Positions 1 to 8,746 of a stretch of 64,000 bases of DNA are shown here, one piece after another. The DNA is from Candidatus Spechtbacterales bacterium (lineage in GTDB: Bacteria; Patescibacteriota; Minisyncoccia; Spechtbacterales; 2-12-FULL-38-22): contig JBBDXP010000007.1 of NCBI GenBank assembly GCA_040902285.1, forward strand, positions 1,042 through 65,041, given 5' to 3'. How positions within the stretch are numbered: position 1 is the stretch's first letter; every line of letters starts with the position of its first letter. The notes beneath the pieces are model-generated. The model made no database searches. It had not been told where the DNA came from and saw nothing but the letters and a program-made list of their open reading frames with translations. Made by a program: the position numbers and the translations under genes.

Positions 1-398
1 CCGAACTGATAAAACTGGCGAAACCTGCCGCGCTGAGGGCGGTCGTGCCTGAACATTGAAGATATATAGTACAGTTTTACCGGCGATGTCCATTTTTTCA
101 TGCCGTGCTGTATGTACGAGCGGACTATCGGGGGCGTTCCTTCCGGGCGCAGGGTTAAAGCGTCTCCTCCCCTGGTTTTTAGGTTATACATTTCTTTTTC
201 CACAATGTCTGTTCCCTGTCCCGTTCCTTTTCTAAAAAGATCCGTAAATTCCAAGGCGGGAGTATCTATCCTGCGGAAATTATAAAAAGACGCGAGTTCT
301 TCAGCGATTTTGTAAAAATGCTGCCAGATGTGCTGTTCCGAAGGCAAAATATCATGCATTCCGCTGGGGGTTTGAAATTGTTTGTTTTTTGTTGCCAT
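1..398 (-). CDS. hisS: Histidyl-tRNA synthetase, N-terminal part (runs off the window)
   Basis: Manual translation from ATG at 398: MATKNKQFQTPSGMHDILP...GTDIVEKEMY...LTLRPEGTPPIVR...MFRHDRPQRGRFRQFYQF (HisRS motifs 1 and 2). Confidence 0.95.
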   Translation of the reverse strand, partial: MATKNKQFQTPSGMHDILPSEQHIWQHFYKIAEELASFYNFRRIDTPALEFTDLFRKGTGQGTDIVEKEMYNLKTRGGDALTLRPEGTPPIVRSYIQHGMKKWTSPVKLYYISSMFRHDRPQRGRFRQFYQF

Positions 399-402
399 AA
401 AT

Positions 403-972
403 TTATGATTTAGAATACGCGGGTCCGTCTATGATGCCCGCATTATAAAAGGGCCACGCCCGGAAAAACACTTTGCCTATTATAAAACGTTCGTCAAGAG
501 AGCCCCATCTACGTGAATCGTGGCTGGCATTTCTGTTATCTCCCAGTACAAAATATTCGGTTTCTCCGAGAACAATCTCCATATCACCGAAAAACGATTC
601 TTTTACATACTTTTCTTCGATTAAAAATCCTTCGGGGTAATCTGCGTTTTTTATAGTGACATTCCCGTTTCTTACTGTGACAGTTTCTCCGGGAAGCCCT
701 ATTATCCTTTTAATATAGAAAATGGAAGTGTTGCCCGGAAATTTAAATATTATCACATCGCCGCGGTTAGGTTCCGACAGGCGGTATGATATTTCGTCTA
801 CCAAAAGATAATCCCCCTGATGATATGACGGCTCCATACTGGCGCCGCGGACAAAAAAGGGTTGCACCAAAAAGTACCGTATCGGTACTATGATAAGCAG
901 GGATATAATGATAATCTTAAATATATCCCACAAAAAATTTACAACACTACCAAGGGGTGATTTCTCAAGCAT
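403..972 (-). CDS. lepB: Signal peptidase I
   Basis: TM segment, GASMEPS (catalytic Ser), IKRIIGLPGE (Lys), GDNRNASHDSRRWG. Start at 972 chosen from the extended -10 box 7 nt upstream. Confidence 0.95.
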   Translation of the reverse strand: MLEKSPLGSVVNFLWDIFKIIIISLLIIVPIRYFLVQPFFVRGASMEPSYHQGDYLLVDEISYRLSEPNRGDVIIFKFPGNTSIFYIKRIIGLPGETVTVRNGNVTIKNADYPEGFLIEEKYVKESFFGDMEIVLGETEYFVLGDNRNASHDSRRWGSLDERFIIGKVFFRAWPFYNAGIIDGPAYSKS

Positions 973-1028
973 TAGCCGAATTCTAACACATAAAAATTGG
1001 TTGTGCAATCATCCGTTAAAACGCAAAA

Positions 1029-2009
1029 ATGTTTGAATTTAAAGCAAAAACAGCGCTAATAACGGCAGGTATTATACTGGGCATGCTTGCTTTGGCGGCG
1101 GGAGCAAGCTGGATATCGGGTATAGCCAAAAATGCTTCCGAAAATATAAAAAATAGCCAAATGGAGGAAAATAACCAGTTCGGCCTCCCAAAAACAGAAT
1201 TGAAAAAAGACAAAGAAAGAACAAATATGCTGCTTTTGGGAATAGGCGGACCGGACCATACTTCAGGAACACTGACCGATACGCTTATATTCGCGAGCGT
1301 GAAAACAGAAACTAAAGAGGCCAATTTTATATCCATTCCCCGCGACATGTGGGTTTTTTATGAATCCGAAGATTATCCCAAAGAAGGGGTTTCCCGATTC
1401 ACATACCAGGATGGGTGGCAAAAGATAAATGAAATTTATCACTTATCCGGCGGGCAGGAAAAACCAAACATAGAAGCCGCGCGGCATGTAGCCAAAAAAG
1501 TATCTGAAGTTACCGGACAGCCCGTACACTACGCGGTAATTATAAACCTTAATGGCGTAGAAAAAATCGTGGATATACTCGGAGGCATTGAGGTTGACGG
1601 AGTACATATGACAGGTAATGACGCTGTAAAATACATAAGAGACCGGAGCGGGCCGGGAAGCGATTTTGACAGGATGAAACACCAGCAAGCCGTATTGCTG
1701 GCAATACAAAATAAATTGACAAAACAAGAGGAACTGGGCCTTTCAAAGTTATTGGAATTATATAATGCGGCACAGGAAAATATCGTGACAGACGCGGGTT
1801 CAGACGAATTCCTTGGATTTTACGAACTTATGGGAAAAATAGACCCGGAAAATACAAACATGCACACCATAGCAATAGCCGGCAACAATCTTTTGAGCGA
1901 AGAGTACATAGATCTTAACGGGCAAAACATATACACTCTGCGCCCGTCAGCCGGCAAGGAAAACTATGAAGAAATTCAAAAATTTATCGGCGAGATATTG
2001 GGGATGTGA
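1029..2009 (+). CDS. LCP (LytR-CpsA-Psr) family glycopolymer transferase
   Basis: N-terminal TM, NMLLLG, TDTLI, SIPRDMWV, YIRDR...SDFDRMKHQQ. Confidence 0.9.
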   Translation: MFEFKAKTALITAGIILGMLALAAGASWISGIAKNASENIKNSQMEENNQFGLPKTELKKDKERTNMLLLGIGGPDHTSGTLTDTLIFASVKTETKEANFISIPRDMWVFYESEDYPKEGVSRFTYQDGWQKINEIYHLSGGQEKPNIEAARHVAKKVSEVTGQPVHYAVIINLNGVEKIVDILGGIEVDGVHMTGNDAVKYIRDRSGPGSDFDRMKHQQAVLLAIQNKLTKQEELGLSKLLELYNAAQENIVTDAGSDEFLGFYELMGKIDPENTNMHTIAIAGNNLLSEEYIDLNGQNIYTLRPSAGKENYEEIQKFIGEILGM

Positions 2010-2070
2010 GATTTGAGATTATGGAGAACTCTTTAGATAAGAAGTATCGGAACTTTCCTATTAAATTTTT

Positions 2071-2667
2071 ATGAACAAAATTTTAATTGCGGGTCTGGGA
2101 AACCCCGGAAAACAATATAAGAATACTCCTCATAATATAGGTTTTGAGGTGCTGGACAGATTATTGGAGGCCTTCGAAAACGGTGGCGGCGCAATAAAAG
2201 AAACTCACGCCCGTGAAGCTGCTGTTTGGGAGCTGTCAACGGAAAACACAAAACTTATACTGGTAAAACCTTTACTTTACATGAATCTCTCCGGGATTCC
2301 CGTAAGCCGGGTGGCCAAAAGCCATGAAATAGATGAATCTAACTCTCTTTGGATAGTACACGATGATGTGGACCTGGACGCCGGAGTTATAAAAGTTAAA
2401 AAAGGCGGGCGAAGCGCCGGGCATAAGGGCGTGGAAAATATAATAAAAGCTCTTGGAAAAAATGATTTCTGGAGATTTAGAGCGGGCATAAGGCCGGCCG
2501 ATTCTCCTGCAAAAAGGCCTCCGGGATTTATGGAAGAATTCGTGACAAAAAAACTTCTTGGCGAGGATTTAAAAACAATGCGCAAATCGGCGGATGTATG
2601 CGCCGAGATGGTATTGGAATCACTGGAAAATGGGATTAGGAATAAAAAAAGGATATTAGGAGTGTGA
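2071..2667 (+). CDS. pth: Peptidyl-tRNA hydrolase
   Basis: GLGNPG...TPHNIGF, KPLLYMNLSG, HDDVDL, GHKG. Confidence 0.95.
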   Translation: MNKILIAGLGNPGKQYKNTPHNIGFEVLDRLLEAFENGGGAIKETHAREAAVWELSTENTKLILVKPLLYMNLSGIPVSRVAKSHEIDESNSLWIVHDDVDLDAGVIKVKKGGRSAGHKGVENIIKALGKNDFWRFRAGIRPADSPAKRPPGFMEEFVTKKLLGEDLKTMRKSADVCAEMVLESLENGIRNKKRILGV

Positions 2668-2713
2668 AATAAAAAACTTTACATATAAAAAATAAATGTT
2701 ATAGAAATATAGC

Positions 2714-4684
2714 GTGGACACAAAACAGGTAAAATCCGCAGGAATAGTCCGCATATCCCCCCATATATTAAAAAGGGGGCAATTTTGGTTTGAAAAAAAC
2801 GAAGGCAAAATAAAATCCGAGGCCAAAAAAATAACAAGCTGGTGGAACTCAAATTATAGAAGTATTCAGGTTGACGAAAAATTTCCGCTTGGCGCTATGC
2901 TAAGACAATTAGATGATTGGGGTTATATAAAAACCTCGTTTGTAAAAAGTCCCGGAGAATTCGCGTCAAGGGGCGGGATAGTTGATGTGTTTCCGGTTAA
3001 CTTAAAAAACGCTGTTCGTTTTGAATACTTTGGAGACCTGATAACATCCATCAGTGTTTTGGAAAATGTCTTAAATAAAAATCCCCAAGAAGAACTTAGG
3101 AAAATAATTTATCGTTATCCCGAATCGGCAAAGAGCGGGAAGGCGGAAAATAAAATTCCGGCCAATTTTAAAATAGGCACATTTGTGGTGCACATAGACC
3201 ACGGAATTGCGAGGTTTGCGGGTATGGAAAAAGAAGAATTGATGGTGCTTGAATACGCGAAAGGAGACCGTTTACTTGTGCCAATTTCTGTTTCTGAAAA
3301 AGTATCGCCATATTTGGGATTCGGAGAGCCCAAATTAACGCGCCTGGGCGGCAATATTTGGGAAAAAACAAAAAGAAAAGTTAAAGAAGACCTTGTAAAA
3401 ACAGCGAAACATCTGGCAAAAATATATGCCAAGAGAGAAATGACGTTGAGGCCGGCGTATAACCCGGATATTGATGTTGCCGGCATAGGCGCGGAAACCT
3501 TTGAATACATGGAAACGCCGGGGCAAATCCAGGCCATAGAAGATATAAAAAAAGATTTTTCCAGAACAAGGCCCATGGACAGGATAATCTGCGGAGATGT
3601 GGGTTTTGGAAAAACAGAAGTTGCCATAAGAGCGGCCAGCTATGCGGTGGGGGCGGGATATCAAGTCGCTATAATAACGCCTACCACTGTTTTGGCGCAT
3701 CAGCATTTTAAAACATTCCAAAAAAGATTAGAGCAATCTTCGTATCCGCTTAACGTCGAAAAATTAACCCGCATAGAAAAGCCCGCCGAACAAAAAACAA
3801 TAAAAGAAGACATAAAAAATAACAAATGTGATATTGTTATAGGAACGCACCGGCTTTTACAGAAGGACATAGAATTCAACCGCTTGGGTTTGCTTATAAT
3901 AGACGAGGAGCAGAAATTTGGCGTTAAACAGAAAGAATTTTTTAAAGAAAAAAGATCCGAACTGGATGTGCTTTCTTTATCCGCCACCCCCATTCCCCGG
4001 ACTTTGTATTTTGCGCTTAACGGCATACGCGACCTGAGCATAATTTCGACACCTCCCGTGGGAAAAAGACCAATAAAAACTTTTGTAAGGCCCAAGAGTA
4101 AAAAAATAATCAAGCAGGCAATAGAGAAAGAACTTGGGCGAAACGGACAAATTTATTATCTTCATAACCGGATAGGTTCCATGCCGCTTGCCGCGGAAAA
4201 TTTGAAGCAACTGGTACCCTCGGCTAAAATTGAATACTTGCACGCTAAAATGCCGGAGGAAAAGATTATAGAGATTATGGATAAGTTTGAAAGCGGAAAA
4301 ATTGATGTATTAATGGCAACCACTATAATGGAAAACGGATTGGATTTCCAAAACGCGAATACCCTTATAGTGGAAAACGCGACCGGCCTAGGCCTTGCAC
4401 AAGCCCACCAAATAAGAGGAAGAATAGGCCGGAAAAACAAACAGGCGTACGCGTATTTTCTGTATCCGGGAAAGAAAATGAAAGGCAAGGCGAAAAAACG
4501 TATGCTGGCGCTTGAAGAGGCCGACTACCTTGGAGCGGGGTATGAAGTAGCCATGAAAGACCTGGAAATAAGAGGAGCCGGAAATTTACTGGGCCGGGAA
4601 CAAAGCGGAAATATTGCAAAGGTTGGCTTTAATTTGTATTGCCAGATGCTTGCTGAAGCATTAGAAGAATTACGCTCTGCGTAA
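2714..4684 (+). CDS. mfd: Transcription-repair coupling factor, compact form (656 aa)
   Basis: PGEFASRGGIVDVFP, CarD-like VVHIDHGIARF, GDVGFGKTEVA, DEEQKFG, SATPIPRT, QIRGRIGR, DLEIRGAGNLLG. Confidence 0.93.
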   Translation: MDTKQVKSAGIVRISPHILKRGQFWFEKNEGKIKSEAKKITSWWNSNYRSIQVDEKFPLGAMLRQLDDWGYIKTSFVKSPGEFASRGGIVDVFPVNLKNAVRFEYFGDLITSISVLENVLNKNPQEELRKIIYRYPESAKSGKAENKIPANFKIGTFVVHIDHGIARFAGMEKEELMVLEYAKGDRLLVPISVSEKVSPYLGFGEPKLTRLGGNIWEKTKRKVKEDLVKTAKHLAKIYAKREMTLRPAYNPDIDVAGIGAETFEYMETPGQIQAIEDIKKDFSRTRPMDRIICGDVGFGKTEVAIRAASYAVGAGYQVAIITPTTVLAHQHFKTFQKRLEQSSYPLNVEKLTRIEKPAEQKTIKEDIKNNKCDIVIGTHRLLQKDIEFNRLGLLIIDEEQKFGVKQKEFFKEKRSELDVLSLSATPIPRTLYFALNGIRDLSIISTPPVGKRPIKTFVRPKSKKIIKQAIEKELGRNGQIYYLHNRIGSMPLAAENLKQLVPSAKIEYLHAKMPEEKIIEIMDKFESGKIDVLMATTIMENGLDFQNANTLIVENATGLGLAQAHQIRGRIGRKNKQAYAYFLYPGKKMKGKAKKRMLALEEADYLGAGYEVAMKDLEIRGAGNLLGREQSGNIAKVGFNLYCQMLAEALEELRSA

Positions 4685-4700
4685 TTCTTCTAATGCTTCA
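4654..4700. repeat. Perfect 22-bp inverted repeat spanning the mfd stop codon
   Basis: TGAAGCATTAGAAGAATTACGC-tct-GCGTAATTCTTCTAATGCTTCA. Confidence 0.95.
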
Positions 4701-4735
4701 AGTGAGTAGTAAGTAGTTGGTAGTAAGTAGTAAAA
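4701..4735. repeat. Degenerate 7-mer tandem array
   Basis: AGTGAGT AGTAAGT AGTTGGT AGTAAGT AGTAAAA. Confidence 0.85.
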
Positions 4736-4793
4736 ATAAAAAACACCCTTTTGGGGTTTATTCTTCATGGGGTCGCGAGTTAAAAATTACAAT

Positions 4794-5435
4794 ATGAAAT
4801 TAAAATTAAAAATAAAACTCATTGCTTTTGATGTAAACGGAACGATATTGAACGACTTCGATATATTTAGCAACGCGCTAAATAGTATTTTTGATTATTT
4901 TAAAAAGCCCCGTATGAGTGAGGTGCAATTTCGCGATGAATTTACCCAGCCCTGGACCGATATTTACAGAAAAAGAGGTATTTTAGAAGATGTGGCATCG
5001 GAAAAATTTTTATATACTTTATATAATAAAGCATATCAAGCCCAAGATGATCCAAAACCATTTAGCGATTTGGAGCCAGTATTAAAACAAATACAAAAGC
5101 GTGGGTTAACCACTGCCATAATAACTACTCAGCAAAACATTATCACGGACGCGCTTTTGAATAAATATGATTTGGGTAAATATTTTGATTTTCACTTAGG
5201 GGGCGTGGCAGATAAAACCAAAGCATTGCAAAAATTAATAGAAAAGGTAAACATACAACCAAAGCAGACGATGTATATTGGCGACCAAGACAGCGACATG
5301 CGCTTTGCAAAAAACGCATCATGTATTGCTGTGGGTTTCACGGGCGGAACGCACTCAAAACAAAAACTGCAAAAAGCGGGCGCGGATTATATAATTGATA
5401 ACTTTACAGAGCTTGTTAATTTATTAGATATATGA
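4794..5435 (+). CDS. HAD-superfamily hydrolase (phosphoglycolate phosphatase-like)
   Basis: AFDVNGTIL (motif I variant), MYIGDQDSD, GADYIID. Start uncertain (4767 or 4794). Confidence 0.85.
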   Translation: MKLKLKIKLIAFDVNGTILNDFDIFSNALNSIFDYFKKPRMSEVQFRDEFTQPWTDIYRKRGILEDVASEKFLYTLYNKAYQAQDDPKPFSDLEPVLKQIQKRGLTTAIITTQQNIITDALLNKYDLGKYFDFHLGGVADKTKALQKLIEKVNIQPKQTMYIGDQDSDMRFAKNASCIAVGFTGGTHSKQKLQKAGADYIIDNFTELVNLLDI

Positions 5436-6316
5436 AAAACTCTATTTTTGAATTAAAAATTACCGACGCCGAATATCCAAAAATACTAAAGGAAATCCCC
5501 CACCCCCCAAAACTTTTATATTACAGGGGCGATTTGGACGCATTGAACAAGCAACCCGCAATCGCGGTAGTCGGAACAAGAAGATGTTCGGAATACGGAA
5601 AAGAAACAACTAAAAAAATTGTCTCGGGGCTGGCAAAAGCGGGAGTGTGCATAGTAAGCGGAATGGCCAGGGGCATAGATTCATACGCGCATAAAGAAGC
5701 TATAGAAAATGGCGCGCTTACCGTAGCGGTACTCGGCTCTCCGGTTGACGATGAAGAAATATATCCCCAATCAAATGTTAAGCTGGCACACAAAATAATA
5801 GAATCGGGGGGCATTGTTTTGAGCGAATATAAAAAAGGCGAACCCGGACACCCCGGACAGTTTCCGGCAAGGAATAGAATAGTTGCGGGGCTCTCTGGAG
5901 GCACGCTTGTAACGGAGGCACCCATAAAAAGCGGCGCCATGATAACGGCGCGCCTGGCGCTGGACAGCAACAGAGATGTGTATGCGGTTCCCGGAACGAT
6001 ATTTTCGTATCTTTCGGCGGGTTGTAATAAATTGATAGCAAGCGGAGCTAAATGCGTAATGAGCCCGGAAGATATACTGGAGGACCTGGGCTTAAATTAT
6101 GAAATAAGCATAGACGGACTGAAAAATACGGATAATTTAGATGAAGCGGAATTAAAAATTTTAAATGTAATAAATAAATCGCCAAACGCCGTACATATTG
6201 ACCAACTTACCAGAAGTGTTGGGCTTGATACAGAAAAGGTATCGCAAGCAGTAACATCGCTGATGCTGCAGGATTTGATAAAAGAATCAGGCGCAAATTC
6301 ATACATTGCCTTATGA
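5432..6316 (+). CDS. dprA: DNA-processing protein DprA
   Basis: AVVGTR, VSGMARGID, FPARNRIVAGLS, KSGAMITA; directly upstream of topA. Confidence 0.95.
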   Translation: MKNSIFELKITDAEYPKILKEIPHPPKLLYYRGDLDALNKQPAIAVVGTRRCSEYGKETTKKIVSGLAKAGVCIVSGMARGIDSYAHKEAIENGALTVAVLGSPVDDEEIYPQSNVKLAHKIIESGGIVLSEYKKGEPGHPGQFPARNRIVAGLSGGTLVTEAPIKSGAMITARLALDSNRDVYAVPGTIFSYLSAGCNKLIASGAKCVMSPEDILEDLGLNYEISIDGLKNTDNLDEAELKILNVINKSPNAVHIDQLTRSVGLDTEKVSQAVTSLMLQDLIKESGANSYIAL

Positions 6317-8370
6317 AAAATTTAGTAATAGTGGAATCGCCCACAAAAGCGAAGACGATAACAAAATTTCTTCCCGACAACTATACTGTCGTTTCTTCGT
6401 ATGGCCATGTTCGCGATTTGCCAAAAACTGAACTGGGCGTGGACACAGAAAATAATTTTGAGCCCAAATATATTATTCCGACAAAGGCGAGGAAAAAAGT
6501 TGGTGAACTTAAAAAAGAATCCAAGGATAAGAATGTAATACTTGCCACCGATGGAGACCGCGAGGGAGAAGCCATAAGCTGGCACCTTGTTGAGGCGCTT
6601 GGATTGACGGAGGAAAAAACAAAAAGAATAGAATTTCACGAAATTACCAAAGAAGCGATTGAAAAAGCGCTAAAAAATCCGCGCAAAATAAATATGGATC
6701 TGGTAAACGCTCAGCAAGCGCGCCGGATATTAGACAGGCTCGTGGGGTATAAATTATCTCCTTTTCTTTGGAAAAAAGTCGTGAAGGGCCTTTCGGCGGG
6801 ACGAGTGCAGTCGGTTGCGGTCCGGATAATAGTAGAGCGCGAAAGAGAAATACAAAAATTTAAACCGGAAGAATACTGGAGTATTGTCGCATTATTGAAC
6901 AAAGACAAAGAAGATTTTGAAGCATCTTTAAACGCGGTTGACGGTAAAAATTTGGATAAACTGGAAATTAAAAACAAAAAAGAGGCGCAAGAAATATTAG
7001 AAAATCTAAATAATGCCGAATGGAAAGTATCAAATCTTGAACAAAAAGAACACCGGCGCAATCCCCTGCCCCCGTTTACAACAAGTTCCCTGCAACAAAC
7101 CGCGTGGTCAAGATTGCATTACCCCGCAAAACGCACAATGATGTTGGCTCAAAATCTTTACGAAAGAGGTTTAATAACATACCACAGGACCGACTCTTTA
7201 AATGTATCGAGTATAGCGATTGGGGCGGCACGTGAATATATAGAGAATGAGTTTGGAAAAAATTATATACCGGACAAACCCCGTTTTTACAAAACAAGAA
7301 GCAAGGGCGCGCAGGAGGCGCACGAAGCAATAAGGCCCACTTCTCCCCAAAACAATCCTGAAAAGCTTAAACTGGAGGGCCCGCAAAAAAAATTATACAC
7401 ACTAATATGGCAACGTTTCGTGTCCAGCCAGATGGAGCCGGCTATATTTGATGCGGCAACTGTTGATGTGAAGGCAAAAAACCATGTTTTTCGCGCGAAT
7501 GGACAACTTATGCGTTTTGACGGTTTCTTGAGGGTTTATCCTATAAAATTTGAAGAAGCCGAACTTCCGCTGTTAAAAGTAGGAGACAATTTGAATCTTA
7601 AGAAAATAACGCCAGGTCAGCATTTTACAAAACCGCCCGCCCGATACAATGAAGCAAGTTTGGTAAAGGCGCTTGAAAAGCATGAGATAGGAAGGCCTTC
7701 AACATACGCGTCTATAATATCTACCATACAAGAGAGAAACTATGTATTTAGAAATGACCAAAGGCAACTGGAACCCAATGAAATTGGTTTTGTTGTTAAC
7801 GATATACTGGTGGAACATTTTCCGGATATAGTTGATATAGATTTTACGGCAAAAATGGAAAATCAACTGGACAGAGTAGCTCACGAAAAAGAAGATTGGA
7901 CGCAACTTTTGCATGATTTTTACAAACCCTTTGAAAAAACGCTTAAAGAAAAATATGGGGAAGTAAAAAAGGCGAATATGGTAAAAGAAACCGATAAAAA
8001 ATGTCCTAAGTGCGGTAAAAACTTGCTAAAACGCATGGGCAGATTCGGATGGTTTTACGGATGCAGCGGATTTCCGGAATGCAAACACACAGAACCCTTA
8101 AAAGAAAATCCTGATCTAAAGGTGCACTGCCCAAAGTGCGCGGAAGGAGAAGTCGTTGAAAAAAGAACGAGACGCAAAAAAATATTTTACGGATGTTCCA
8201 GATATCCTGATTGCGATTTCGCCCTGTGGGACAAACCCCATATAGAAAAAGTAAAAGGAACCACAAAAAACCATATATCAAAGTGCCCAAAATGCAGTTC
8301 TGTTTTGGTGGAAAAAAAGAACGGCATTAGTTGTTCTAACAGAGAATGTTCGTACGAGAAAAAAGATTAA
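6313..8370 (+). CDS. topA: DNA topoisomerase I
   Basis: IVESPTKAKTI, ATDGDREGEAI, SAGRVQS, ITYHRTDS, C-terminal zinc ribbons. Confidence 0.97.
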   Translation: MKNLVIVESPTKAKTITKFLPDNYTVVSSYGHVRDLPKTELGVDTENNFEPKYIIPTKARKKVGELKKESKDKNVILATDGDREGEAISWHLVEALGLTEEKTKRIEFHEITKEAIEKALKNPRKINMDLVNAQQARRILDRLVGYKLSPFLWKKVVKGLSAGRVQSVAVRIIVEREREIQKFKPEEYWSIVALLNKDKEDFEASLNAVDGKNLDKLEIKNKKEAQEILENLNNAEWKVSNLEQKEHRRNPLPPFTTSSLQQTAWSRLHYPAKRTMMLAQNLYERGLITYHRTDSLNVSSIAIGAAREYIENEFGKNYIPDKPRFYKTRSKGAQEAHEAIRPTSPQNNPEKLKLEGPQKKLYTLIWQRFVSSQMEPAIFDAATVDVKAKNHVFRANGQLMRFDGFLRVYPIKFEEAELPLLKVGDNLNLKKITPGQHFTKPPARYNEASLVKALEKHEIGRPSTYASIISTIQERNYVFRNDQRQLEPNEIGFVVNDILVEHFPDIVDIDFTAKMENQLDRVAHEKEDWTQLLHDFYKPFEKTLKEKYGEVKKANMVKETDKKCPKCGKNLLKRMGRFGWFYGCSGFPECKHTEPLKENPDLKVHCPKCAEGEVVEKRTRRKKIFYGCSRYPDCDFALWDKPHIEKVKGTTKNHISKCPKCSSVLVEKKNGISCSNRECSYEKKD

Positions 8371-8397
8371 AAAAAGGAGTGCTTACTCCTTTTTTTT
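8371..8397. terminator. Bidirectional intrinsic terminator
   Basis: AAAAAGGAGT-gctt-ACTCCTTTTT between convergent genes. Confidence 0.75.
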
Positions 8398-8673
8398 ATC
8401 CAGAAGGTTGGTTACATAAATACCTATCAGAACGACTATTAAAGTCACGATTACCGCATAAATAAACTTGGCGGATACGGAATTGCCGTCTTTTGGAAAA
8501 AAATATTCTATTAAAGATTTTATTGCGTCGTTCCACGCCAAACCGGCAACTAGCCCAAATCCTCCGATTATATATGTTGCGGTTCGTTTTCTTATATCTT
8601 TTTTAATTTCGGCAACTTCTTTCGCCACTCTGGCTCTTTTGTTTCTTTTTTTATTTAAATCATTATTTACCAT
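8383..8673 (-). CDS. Small two-TM membrane protein (DUF5654-like)
   Basis: GFGLVAGLAWNDAIKSLI...FIYAVIVTLIVV. Start re-picked at MVNND. Confidence 0.75.
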   Translation of the reverse strand: MVNNDLNKKRNKRARVAKEVAEIKKDIRKRTATYIIGGFGLVAGLAWNDAIKSLIEYFFPKDGNSVSAKFIYAVIVTLIVVLIGIYVTNLLDKKKE

Positions 8674-8746
8674 ATAATAAATTGTATCGTTGCCTGTTTT
8701 AATTTGCAAAGACAAATAACTTATAATACGATGTTTTATTAAAAAC

